A stretch of 64,000 nucleotides of DNA, taken from Squalus acanthias. Its lineage: Eukaryota. Positions within the stretch are counted from its first letter, which is position 1, and the number at the start of each line of letters is the position of its first letter. Made by a program: the position numbers and the translations under genes. Shown piece after piece: positions 1 to 11,939 of this stretch. The notes beneath the pieces were generated by a model. That model ran no database searches and was not told the origin of the DNA. It saw only the letters and a list, made by a program, of their open reading frames with translations. The DNA lies in the NCBI GenBank assembly GCA_030390025.1, contig CM059431.1, positions 141,548,001 to 141,612,000 of the forward strand, written 5' to 3'.

Positions 1-1730
1 TCAGCAAACTTGAATATTTTACACTCGGCCCCTTCATCTAGGTCATTAATATAGATTATAAATAACTGAGGCCCCAACACTGATCCTTGCGGCACCCCAC
101 TAGTTACAGACTGACAACTCTCTGTTTTCTGTCCGCTAACAAATCTGCTATCCATGCCATTATATTATTCCCAACGCCGTGAGCCCAAATCTTGTTTAAT
201 AACCTTTTATGTGGCACCTTATCGATTGCCTTTTGGAAATCCAAATATACTGCATCCACTGGTTCCCCTTTATCTACCCTGCTAGTTACATCCTTAAAAG
301 TCTCTAATAAATTTGTCAAACACGATTTCACTTTCATAAAACCATGTTGACTCTGCTTAATCATGTTATGATTTTTCTAAGTGACTTGATACCACTTCCT
401 TAACAATGGATTCCAGCATTTTCAATACGAACGATGTCAGGCTAACTGGCCTGTAGTTCCCTGTATTTTCTCTCCATCCTTTCTTGAATAGCGGTGTTAC
501 ATTTGCGACCTTCTAATCCCCTGGGGCCATTCTAGAATCTATTTAATTTTGGAACATCTAAACCAATGCATCCACTATCTCTTCAGTCACCTCTTTTAGA
601 ACCCTAAGAGGTAGGCCATCAGTTCCAGGGGATTTGTCGGCTTTTAATTTCTCTTGTTCTTTTTCGCTACTTATATTAATTACGTTAAGTTCCTCACCCT
701 CATTAGACCCTTGGTTCCCCACCATTTTTGGTATGCTTTTCGTGTCTTCTACTGTGAAGACAGATACAAAATATTTGGTATACATTTCTGCCATTTACTT
801 ATTCCCCATAATAATTGCTCCTGTCTCAGCCTCTAAGCGACCAAAGTTTACTTTTGCTACTGTCTTCCTTTTTACATACTTGTAGACGCTCTTACAATCT
901 GATTTGATATTTCCTAATAGTTTTCTCTTATATTATATTTTTATGATGCGGAGATGCCCGTGTTGGACTGGGGTGGACAAAAGTGAGAAGTCGTACAACA
1001 CCAGGTTATAGTCCAACAGTTTTATTTGAAATCACGAGCTTTCGCAGCGACGGTGGTGTCGAAGGAGCAGCCGCTCCGAAAGCTTGTGATTTCAAATAAA
1101 ACTGTTGGACTATAACCTGGTGTCGTGCGACTTCTCAATTATATTTTTACCCTTTCTATCAAATTTTTGGTCAACCTTTGCTGGTTTCTGAAACTTTCCC
1201 AATCCTCAGGCTTACTATTATTCTTTGAAACTTTATAAGCTTTTTCTTTCCAACTAATGCTATCCTTAACTTCTTTAGTTAGTCACGGTTGGATCACTTT
1301 CCCGTGGAATTTTTGTTTCTCAATTAAATGTATTTTGGTTGAGAATTATGAAATATTGCTTTAAATGCTAGACACTGCTTATCTACCGCCATGCCTTTTA
1401 ATCTATTTTTTCCAATCTACCTTATCCAACTCGCCCCTCATACCTATGTAATTGGCTTTATTTAAGTTTAAGACTCTAGTTTCGGACTCAGGCAAGTCAC
1501 TCTCAAAATTAACGTGAAATTATATCATATTATGACCCAGATTACCCTTTACTATGAGATTGCTAATTAACCCTGTCTCATTACACAGTACAAGATCTAA
1601 AATAGCCTGCGCCCTGGTTGGTTCCGTGATATATTGTTCCAGGAAACTGTCCCGAATACATACCATAAACTCGTCCTTCAGATTACCTTTGCCAATTTGA
1701 TTTGTCCAGTCTATATGAAGATTAATGTCT
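1..1730 (-). mobile_element. CR1 LINE ORF2 fragment (RT and endonuclease regions), degenerate, interrupted at 944-1137
   Basis: Minus-strand ORFs carry CR1 RT motifs: QHGFMKVKSCLTNLLE, VDAVYLDFQKAIDKVPH, DKSPGTDGLPLRVLKE. Confidence 0.9.
944..1137. mobile_element. Short Penelope-like (PLE) terminal-repeat insertion with inverted arms and a 12-bp target-site duplication
   Basis: Arms at about 984-1049 and 1072-1137 are near-perfect inverted copies. ATTATATTTTTA flanks both sides (932-943 and 1138-1149). The GGAGCAGCCGCTCCGAAAGCT...GTTGGACTATAACCTGGTG sequence resembles vertebrate PLE ends. Confidence 0.7.
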
Positions 1731-1749
1731 TAAATAAACCCTGTTTGAA

Positions 1750-3540
1750 AAAAAATCTCTTTATTCCTCCTCTAGTGCTTTTGCCAATTACATTCAATCT
1801 ATAACATCTGGTTGCCAACCAACTTACTAGAGGAAAGTTTATCCCTATTTCTTCTCTCATATCCCCTTATTTTTTTGATTACGTCTATAAGCTCTCCCCT
1901 AAATCTTCTCAGATCTAATGGGAACAATTCCAGATTCTCCAAGTCTGCAGTTGACTGAATTCCCTCATCCCGGATATCATCCTGATAAATCGTGTCTGTA
2001 CCCTCTCCACGGCCTTGATTTCCTTACGAAAATGTGGTTGCCAGATTGTACACAATATTCCAGCTGAGGCCTAGCCAATGATTTGCTAAGATTTGGCATG
2101 ACTTCCTTGTTTTTGAATTCAATGCCCCAATATACAAATCTAACAATCTCTTACGCTTTCTTAACCGGCTTTTCAACTTGTCCTGCTACTTTCAAAGAAT
2201 TCTGAATATGCTCCCCTCGGCCCCTCTGCTCTTGCCAACGCCCCCCCCTACTCAAAATAGTATCATTTAGATTATACCGCCTCTCCTTGTTCCTCCCAAA
2301 GTGTATCACTTCAGACTTATCTGCATTAGATTTTATTTGCCATGTGTCTGCCCAGATCACCAGTCTGTTTATTTCATTTGAATTCTGCTAAAATCCTCCT
2401 CACACAGTACGACGTTGCCAAGTTGTGTATCCATCCACAAACTTGGAAATTGTACTCTCTATACCCAAGTGCATGTAATTTATATATAACAAGTAAAGCA
2501 GCGGCCCTAAACCCGACTTTCGGGGAGCTCACTGCATACTTCTCTCCAGTAAGAAATGACCACTACTCTATGCTTCCTATCCCTTAGCCAATTTCAGACC
2601 AAAGTTAATACCGCCCCTTTAATATTATTTTCTTCTATTTTTCGAATAAGTTTGTTATGTGGTACTTTACCAAATACCCTTTGAAAGTTCATATATACAA
2701 CATCAACTGCCGGACCTTCATCATCCTTCTCTGTTACTTTATCTAACAACTCAATCAGGTTAATCAGACATGTTTTGTCCTTAACACATTCTTGCTGTCT
2801 GTCGTTATTAACCCATGCTACTCCAAGTCGGAACTAATTTTGTTCTTGAAAATGGTTCCAATAGTTTTTACGCCACAGATGTTAGCCTAATCGGCCAGTT
2901 TTTAGAAGGTTCATCCCTCTCCCCTTTCTTGAACAGGGGTCTACGATTTGCAATCCTCCAGTCCCTAGGAACTACTCCTATATCGAAGGAGGATTGAAAG
3001 ATTGTGGTCAGGGCATCTCCACGCTAGCTTCCCTCAACAACCTACGATGCATTCCATCTGGACCACGTGATTTGTTACCTTTGACTGATGGCCAGATAGT
3101 TAGCGTCTCCTTTCTATCTATTGTTATCCTTTCCAGTATCCCTCCTCCTCTACTGCGACATTAATTTATTCCTCTTTTGTGAACACCCGTCCAAAGTATT
3201 CATTCAGTACCTCGGTCATGTCTCCTGCCTCCACAAGAAGATTTCCTTCTTTGTCCCTGATCGGTCCCAGCATTCCTTTAACTGGCCTTTTAATTTGTAT
3301 GTGTTGATACAAGATTTTTGGGTTTCCTTTTATGTTACCCGCTAATCTATTCTCATCTCCTCACGTTCCATTCTTATATCATTTTTCAATTTCCCCCTGC
3401 ACTCGCTGTATCCTGCCTGGTTTTCAACTGTATTCTTTACTGACATTTGTCATAAACTTCAATTTTCTTTGTATTCGAATATCTATTACCTTTTTTAACC
3501 AGGGAGCTCTATGGATTTCCCATCTTTCCTTCTTATGAAA
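1750..3540 (-). mobile_element. Older, degenerate CR1 LINE fragment
   Basis: WADTWQIKSNADKSEVIHFGR and other CR1 ORF2 remnants on the minus strand, with many stops. Confidence 0.8.
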
Positions 3541-3719
3541 TTACGATACAAGGCTATGATGTTGTGTGGTACAGAGGCATTCAAGTAAAATCTTTAATGA
3601 TAAAATTAAAAGTCACAAACATTAATTGAAAAATGTAATCATGCTACTGAGAAATATTTAACTTTCAGAATTTGTTTTTAAATTTTGTTTAAATCGTTAA
3701 TTTGGACATTAGATTTTTG

Positions 3720-4587
3720 TTACCGATGGATTTTCAGGAAGCATTTTGAGGGAATTGCGGGCGCACGGTGGCCAGACTTAGGGGTCACATCGCTAAACCA
3801 GAGTGACAGTTTTACATGGCGAAACATAATTGTCCGTATCTTCCGATACCTACGAGTATGTACGCGCTGTATACCCAAGCGTATGGACCTCACAAGTGCC
3901 GGTTTCAGGCATGCGAAGTGCATGCACTGAAAACTGACACTTCCGATCTGTCAAGAAATCTCTTGACATATTCTCTGCCTGCCCTGGAGAAGGGCCGCTG
4001 CGGGTGGAGAGATCCGCTTTCTGCAGAACCTCCACCAGCTGAAATCCCTTTAACATCTTATGCCTGGGAAAAGCAGGCGTAAGTCCTGCTTTTTGCAGCA
4101 TAAGATTTTAAAAAAGTGAAAAAAATTGTTCCACTCATTTATAATGTAAAAATACTTTCTTAAAAGGTAAGTTTATTTTTAGCCCAGTAAAAAACTTTAA
4201 ATATTTTTTTCAAAAAATTAATTTTTTGTTTAAAAATATTTAATTTAATGTAATTTTAACTTATTTTAAAAACGTGATTTTTAAACATTTATTTTTAATG
4301 TTACAGTGTCTTTTTTCAGTAATCCACATTCATACTTTTGACAGGTCTACCTGTCAAAGTTGTGAAGGGGGATTCCTTTCTCCCATTGGCTCGCCTGGCC
4401 CACGTGTTGCCAGGTACGCTTGCGAACCGCCTGCGCCCCTGGGATACCTGGGCCTCTGCGCGCGCGCACCAGGAGAGGCACAGGAGCGGAAGAGTCTGGA
4501 CCTCGGGAGCCCTCAGGGAAGGGCTTAGATTTTTCCCCGATAGGAGGCATCCGCACGCAGGATGCCTCCTATCGGAATTTACGGGCC
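3720..4587. mobile_element. Putative non-autonomous DNA transposon (GC-rich ends, AT-rich core, subterminal palindrome)
   Basis: Sharp composition change against the flanks; perfect 16-bp inverted repeat at 4537-4552 and 4560-4575; no coding homology seen. TIRs are weak. Confidence 0.4.
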
Positions 4588-4794
4588 ATTATAAACCTGG
4601 AGATAATAATTTACAACAGGAAAATGTTTACATAAAAACTATGACCAAAATTTGAGAGCAGCATGTAAGTTACAAATGTATAAGACTTTCATTTAATATA
4701 TATATTCAAAATTATATTCTTGTTGCATGCATCGTAATAGACTTATATTTGTGTTCTGCGTTACAACATGTGTGCCTAAAATTCCAGAGCAATT

Positions 4795-4865
4795 AATTGA
4801 CTGTAAAGCGCATTGGGATGTCCTAATGTGACGATAAGCGCTATATAAATGGAAGTTTTATCTTA
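4795..4865 (+). mobile_element. 3' tail of a DeuSINE/L2-type element
   Basis: TGTAAAGCGCATTGGGATGTCC...GCGCTATATAAATGGAAGT matches the reverse complement of the SINE tail at 61345-61405. Confidence 0.6.
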
Positions 4866-4877
4866 TTATTTCAGAAA

Positions 4878-7800
4878 ATGGAAGAATCAATTCACAGAGA
4901 ACTGATTTGCTCCGTTAATTTTCGGAATTCTGATCAACGTGCGCGCAGCTCTGCGGAAAACACAGATGCCGAAACATGTACCTGTGCTCGGTGTAAATTT
5001 ACACAGCTACTGACAGAACTGGGGCTGCAGGAATTCTATCCCAACAGACTGTCCCTCAGCAAAGTACTGGAGATTAATGTAGAGAATCTGGAAGATAAAG
5101 TACCAGCCTGTCCTAAAGATATTCCCTGGCATTTCCTCAGGATGCTGATGGGGGCGAATTCCGCCGCGAGAACCATCGACCTTCTGCCAACAGCAGAGTT
5201 AACAGAAGATACAATGGAGGAAGATGACTTTGACATTTTCTCACAAAGTTCAAAGACCACAACAGCGTCTTTCAACCCATTAGACATAATTTCTGCTGTC
5301 TTCCTTTGTGCAGATACCTTTCTTCAACAGGAGCTGGTTTTGAAAATGTCCTTGTGTCAGTTTGCGGTGCCAATATTATTACCACATCTTGAATGGAGGC
5401 CAACTTTCTTGCTGCGGCCGATGCGCTCCATTGTGAGGAGGTACCGGCCTCAGTCAATGAGAAAGAAGGATGGATTCCTAGAGGAATGCATGGCAACGTC
5501 AGATATTCCAACCTTTGCTTTCGCTCGACTTGGTCGCTGCTCGTTGTCAAAATCAAAAATGTTAAATTACATTTTTAGCAACTCCCAACAGCAGCAGAAT
5601 TATTTTGTCCATTCAGATATGACAACTGGCGATATACCTAGAATGGTTTCAGACGGATTGATCGAAATGTGCTGGTACTTGCCTTATGGCAGTGAAGATG
5701 TCGATGTCATTCAAGAAGCGCTGGGCATAATGAACCTCCGGGGTGATGCCCAAGTGTTCCCCGAACACTTCCGGTTCCTGACAAAAGTTGCTACCGCTGT
5801 GTTCGTTTTTATTGATCATTTAAACAAAGAAGTAACATCATTTCTGTCAACCTATTTCACGGTTCCACAACAATTGTTTCTATTAGTCAATCCCAATTCT
5901 CGTCAAATGGAAATAACAAAGCTCAATTTAAAGAAGTTAGTCAAATCTGAATTCATAGAAAAGAATCATATTTTGTTAAAAAGCCAAAAGAATGAAGCAA
6001 CTTTTGCAAAAATGGTTAGATCCAAATTAGTAGATAACCTAAGAGTGAGGTCAGAAGGACCAGAGAAAGCAGCGAGCTTGCAAGCGATGGCCTCGGTGGC
6101 CAGAGAAGTTAACTTTCTGGTGGATGAAGACGAGATTGAGTTTTCGAAAGCTAGGAAAACGTCAGAAGAAATTCTTCATTCGATTCCGAGTGAAAATATT
6201 GAAAAGTTCAAAGAAACACATTTGTATTTCCAGGGGGTTGATTGGAAAGAGATTTCGGATATAGAGAAGGAGCTGTGTCGGCTGAGGCGCCTCAGGGGGC
6301 AAATTGTGGCGGATTATGTCGCTGATCTGAAGAAGCAGAGACATGATCTGTGTAAACGGCTGGTAAATAGGGGAATGTCAGATGTGATGAGGAAAATGAT
6401 CGAAGTGCTCCAGATCCCGAGCAACAAAAGGAAACATTTCCTAAACTGGCTGAAATATGAACTGGATTCCAGGTCACGCACATTACTCCAAGATCTACAT
6501 GAACAGTGCATGGAATTAAATCTAGATACTCAGAATGAAATCAAAAATCCAGATATTCAGAATCAACAAACCGAGCTCATTAAAAAGCTTATCGACAGCT
6601 CATTGGGTTTGGAGCATTTCTTCCGTGAAATGGGACTGATTTATGAAGTGTTCCAGACATGGGCGACAATTCCTCCAAATATCAAAACGCTTCCTTCCAT
6701 AGCGGCTGATCTGATGCTGGACGGTTTCCCACTGGAGCTCATGGATGGAGATGTTTCCAACATACCCGTGGAGTGGGTCACCGCCGTGTTCAACGAACTT
6801 GAAAAGAAAGTTGGACCTTGCCGTATTTTTGTTCTATCGGTGCTGGGAGTACAGAGTTCAGGCAAGTCCACTCTGCTGAACACAATGTTTGGCTTGCAGT
6901 TTGCAGTAGGATGCGGACGATGCACTCGCGGGGTTTACATGCAACTCATTAAAACTACCGGAGCGATACAGAAGTGTGGCTGTGATTTCATCCTGATTCT
7001 CGATACAGAGGGTCTGGAAGCTCAGGAACTAGCCCGTGTTGGTGGCACACATGAACACGACAATGAATTGGCCACACTGGTGACTGGCTTAAGTGATTTA
7101 ACATTGATTAACATGTCAACAGAAAGTGCTTCAGAAATGAAGGAGGTGCTACAAATTGTGGTCCATGCCTTTATTCGCATGAGAATAGTCGGGAAAAGAC
7201 CCAATTGTCAATTTATCCACCAAAATATCGGAGATGTGTCTGCACATCAGAAGAACGCGATCAGTCGGAAGCTCATGCAAGAGGAGCTGGATCAGATGGC
7301 CAGGATCGCGGCTGAAGCTGAGAAAGAAGATTGTCATTTTTCAAAGTTCTCGGATGTATTAGATTATGATCCTGAGAGAAACAACTGGTACATCCCAGGG
7401 CTGTGGTGTGGGACCCCACCGATGGCGGCAGTTAATACTGGGTATAGCCAGAAGGTGAGAGAACTGAAGCAGAACATTGTAAAGTGTTTTCTCAACAGGA
7501 GACCTTCAACCATCACCGACTTCATCAGTTGGATGAGAAGCACGTGGAATGGTGTGAAACATGAAAATTTCATTTTCAGTTTCAGGAACTCTCTAATTGC
7601 GAACGCCTACAACCAACTCTCCGTGAAATACTCGGACTTGGAATGGAAAATGCGGAGTGAAATAAATTCCTGGTTGGAGACAGCGCAAAACCGAATTAGC
7701 AATGTAGAAGGAGACCTTCAAGATCTACGAGAAACTTTGAACAACGAACTTTTAAAAGTGATCAACGAAATGAAAAGCCAAATGCTCATTGAAATGGAAG

Positions 7801-9868
7801 AATACTTCAACAGTGACACTGACCAGGCGCATCTGATTGAGAATTTTAAGGCAGAGATGAAGGTGAGTTTTGAGTCAGTTTGTCTGAATCTTGAAACTCA
7901 CACAAAGAGGAAATGCGAGGAAGCAGTGATCAGACATGAAGGTCTGAACCAAGTAAACCATATCTTACGTGGCTACACCGATAAAATACAAGAGAAAGTT
8001 GATCAACTTTTACACGTCTTGAAACTGAAATCAACAGAGCAAACTGACAGCGAACTGAGTGAAGCGTTTGGAAAGATGTGGACAGAAACAATGGCGACAG
8101 TATGTTACGAGCCCGTGGTAATCAATATCAACAGAGATATGGAAAATAGCTTGAGAGAAAATATGAGGACACATGGAAGCGTACTTACCGAGAAACTCGC
8201 GTCTGGGAAAAGCCTCCTTGATATGAGCAAAATGGAATGGAACATTACTAAGCAGCATATTGATGTAAGCACAACATCTTTGCTGAAAAGATTTGCAGGA
8301 AAGACATGTAAAGTTTCTAGCCATGTTAAGGATGGGCTAAGTTATATGTTGGGGCAAAAGAAAGGACACGTGGAAAAAGATGAAACTGTAGCATGGGTGG
8401 AAACCGACTGTTTAGCAGAAGCAGGGAGGAACGCTGGGACATTGATATCACAAAGCAAGGAATATGTGCAAGAGATGGTGCAGAAAGGGAAAGAGTACAA
8501 ACCGCTCCTTTGCATAGAACTTCTAAGAGAACTGGATGAAAAATTACAGAAACTCGATGGCGAAATATTCAAGGTGAACGAGCTGTTCAGGACAGATGTG
8601 AAAATCCACATCTGTGGCTTTGCAGTTCAGAGATTTCAGGAGATGCACGATCGCTTCTGTGATAAACATAATCCCCGGAAGAAGCTCGAAGATGACAGAA
8701 AATATTACTTTGAAATTTTTAAAAATCTATACTCTGAAAAGGACCAGAGTGAGGCCTGTGCCAAACTCTTCTGTGAATCCTGCCTAAAACCCGCCTTGTT
8801 GGATGATCTTGACCAGCGACTGGGATCGGCGATTGTAGAAAACATCAGGAAAAAAGGAAAAGTAGTATTTAAATCGCGCAGAAACCTTCAAGTGGGAATT
8901 ATGCTAGATCTGAAAAAGCAGAACAGCTTCGCTGAGTATTCTCGATACATTGGACAGACCCGAACCTTCGAAAAAGATTGGGTGAAAAAACAAGTTCTGA
9001 ATCATTGCAAAATCTTAAACAGCAAACAGTCCGTCATTTACTGGATAGCTGCGGAATTTCTGCGAGGAAAAATAAATCTAATGCAACAAACTATTGAGGA
9101 CATTATAATAGGTTCTGCTGATGATGTTGAAAATTTTTTGGATAAGTTCAAACGGAAACTTGGAGATCACATTGTGTTTCCACCGAACAAGCTGGAAAAC
9201 AAAATCGCTTTCAAAAACTCCCCGAGCTTTGTGACTAAATTGACCAATTCAATCCCCGATTTGGAAAAGCTTCTCCTGCAAAGTATTGAAAATGGGACGT
9301 TAATCAGAAAGTGTTAGGTCTTCCCACAGATCCTTCCAAGGAGCTCTACCAGATGCTGTCTGGGTGCGGGGAGCATTGCCCATTCTGCCAAGTACCCTGT
9401 GACCTCACAAGTAATAACCATGAGAAGCACTCGGCTACATATCACTGGCCGCAGGGGATTGGAGGTTGTCACTGGAGACGGAGTAAGGTACTAATGACGG
9501 AAAGCTGCACAGCTACAGCTACCGAATTGTATTGGTATCGGACAGAAGGTGAAAGTTTCTGGCGAAAAATTGGGCGATTCTTTAATGAACTAGTTTTTCG
9601 GATGGCTTATATAGAAACGCAGAGCAAACGATGTGATTCCTGGAAAATCCCCACGGTTCCGGAGGCTGAGATACCATCTTATTGGAAATGGGTGTTCTAC
9701 ACCTATAACACGGAGTTCGCAAAGAAATACAAACTGGAACCTGCAGCAAATATATCCGATTGGAACATCCCGTGGGAGAAGATAAAGAGCGACCTAGAAA
9801 AGGAATATGATGTGAAGATTGTTGGTTTCTCTTTGTCTCCTCAACTAAAGAAATTTTGTTTGAAATAA
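4878..9868 (+). CDS. GVIN1: Interferon-induced very large GTPase (GVIN1/VLIG-1/URGCP family), one giant coding exon, about 1663 aa if a single -1 frameshift near 9289-9292 is corrected
   Basis: 1479-aa ORF with family motifs NPLD...LCADTFLQQE...KMSLCQFAVP, SSLGLEHFFREMG, GFPLELMDGD, G1 GVQSSGKST (6846-6872), RCTRG, G3 DTEG and KHENFIFSFRN. The overlapping 185-aa ORF supplies the C-terminal CPFCQVPC...HWPQG...YWKW region. Splice acceptor TTATTATTTCAG ends at 4874. Confidence 0.9.
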
Positions 9869-9997
9869 TCGACTCTGAAAAACTGCTGACGAAAGTGCAA
9901 TTATTCATACAATTCCGCTTAGATCACATCAGTACAGATTGGCCGATCTTTTTGCTCCTCTTCTGCCCTCTGTTTTCCGATAGAGAACGACGAGCAG

Positions 9998-10245
9998 CCG
10001 CGATACTCCACCCCTCAAAGTTCCTGGACTCATTCCCTCTCCCCAGAGCCTGCTCATTGGTTCCATTGATTCCCGGAGCGGCCCGCGATACTCTACCCCT
10101 CAAAGTTCCTGGACTCATTCCCTCTCCCCAGAGCCTGCTCATTGGTTCCATTGATTCCCGGAGCGGCCCGCGATACTCTACCCCTCAAAGTTCCTGGACT
10201 CATTCCCTCTCCCCAGAGCCTGCTCATTGGTTCCATTGATTCCCG
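9998..10245. repeat. Tandem repeat, 85-bp unit, about 3 near-identical copies, just 3' of the GVIN stop
   Basis: CCGCGATACT starts recur at 9998, 10083 and 10168. Confidence 0.95.
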
Positions 10246-10319
10246 AAGCTGACTTGATCCCACCACAAATATTCAGAACTTAACTTTCGAACCTCTCATA
10301 TCAACTCCTCCCTGTCCTT

Positions 10320-10640
10320 GCTGGGGAGTCTAGAACCAGGCGTCACAGTCTCAGAATAAGGGGTCGGCCATTTAGGACTGAGATGAGGAGAAATTTCTTC
10401 ACTGAGATGGTGGTGAATCTTTCGAATTCTATACCCCAGAGGGCTGCGGAGGCTCAGTCGTTGTGTATATTCAAGACAGAAATCGATAGATTTTTGAATA
10501 TTAAGGGAATCTAGGGATATGGCGATAGTTCAGGACAATGTAGATGAGGTAGAAGATCAACCATGATCTAATTAAATGACAGAGCAGGCTCGAAGGGCCA
10601 TAATGGCCTACTCCTGCTCTTAATCCTTATGTTCTTATGT
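10320..10640 (+). mobile_element. CR1 3' end fragment
   Basis: GGAGTCTAGAACCAGG...AGGAGAAATTTCTTCACT...CCTACTCCTGCTC followed by a TTATGTTCTTATGT tail. Confidence 0.85.
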
Positions 10641-11018
10641 CCTCTGTTTATAACCAGGACATGACTTCCCTAGTCTTTGCCTTGCCGGTGTAACCCAAAC
10701 TCCCTCTGTGTCCACTGACGTGCACCTTTTTGCTGCTGCTCCCGACCTGAGCCCATTAGTTTAATAACAACTGTTTTTTCTCAGTCTCTCTCGTGTACTT
10801 TCTTCCTATGTCCCATTCATCCCACCTTTCATTTCTTCCTCTCGTTTACTTTGACCCGTCCATCTGTACCCAACCCATCACTGCTTCCCTGCCAATCCTA
10901 ATACCCTGCCGCTGTTCATGGCTTGAATCGCCCATGGATCAGACCACAGCTTCCCTCTGGACCACTCAGCATTTTCCGAAGGATCCATCGAGGTACTTGT
11001 CGCTCCATCATTGTGAGC

Positions 11019-11818
11019 TGTAGAATAGAGCTTATCTGTATGATTTGATAATGTTTTAAATGTAATGCTTTTCTTGAAATTACTATGATATATAATAATG
11101 CATGTTAGAAGCATAAAACCTTTGTCGCAATATGTATAACCTTAGTTAAAAAGACACAAGGCTGAGTAGCAAAGCATGATGGTAAAATTAAGCCAACATT
11201 ATGTTAACAGCGGGAATAGTGCTAAAGTAGATAGAAGTTCTGTTATATTAAAATCCAGAAGCCAGTGAAGGACAAAGCATTAATTATGTCTCAAACTAAG
11301 ATAGAGGGTTTTAAATAACTGACATCCCTTATCGCTGAAGTTTCCGACCAGGCTAGATAATAGGCTAAGCGGAAGGCAAAATACATCTGTCGTATTTCGT
11401 GGAAAGTTTGGTTATGTAAAAGTTCTCATGAAATCCTCATAGCAAAAAAAGGGAGGAAATCATCGATCGTACTTTTGAAGTTCAGAATGGTGAGATATCC
11501 CAAGCAGCCGCAAATTGCCAAGTATTTTGAGGGGAGAAAACGGTATAACTGAACAGTTATTGAACACTGGAGGCAACGCAAAACCAGAGGAAGAGAAACT
11601 TCAGTCAACAGAACACAGCAAGATTGAGTAAAGAGAGTGTGCCGCAGTCACCCGGTGGGCACACTACTGGGGTTTCAAGGAACAGATTCCGACTATCATC
11701 TTGTTAAGTATTACTTATTTGTACTGAATGTAAAATGCTTAATAAATCTGTTGTACTTATACACAATATACCTGTACCAGGAGTGGTCTGTTATAGTCAT
11801 GGAGAATTGAAATATACA
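11019..11818 (+). mobile_element. Possible solo LTR
   Basis: About 800 bp bounded by TGTA...TACA, with a TATAA motif near 11544 and AATAAA at 11741. No target-site duplication found. Confidence 0.3.
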
Positions 11819-11939
11819 TTACGGATTTTGTAAACATCACAAAACTTACAATTGGGACTTTGTAAAACTTTGCAAATCTTATAAAGCAGAAAAGCCAACT
11901 TTCCCATTTCCCTTTCTTGCTGAACTTCCCACCCAGCGC

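Noticed and set aside
4620..4664. Possible 45-bp coding exon upstream of GVIN (ACAACAG...GTAAGT)
   Set aside because: The frame that would join the GVIN ORF contains TGA; at most a non-coding exon, and unsupported.
9289..9317. Programmed -1 ribosomal frameshift in GVIN
   Set aside because: No canonical X XXY YYZ slippery heptamer in the overlap; a simple 1-bp deletion explains it.
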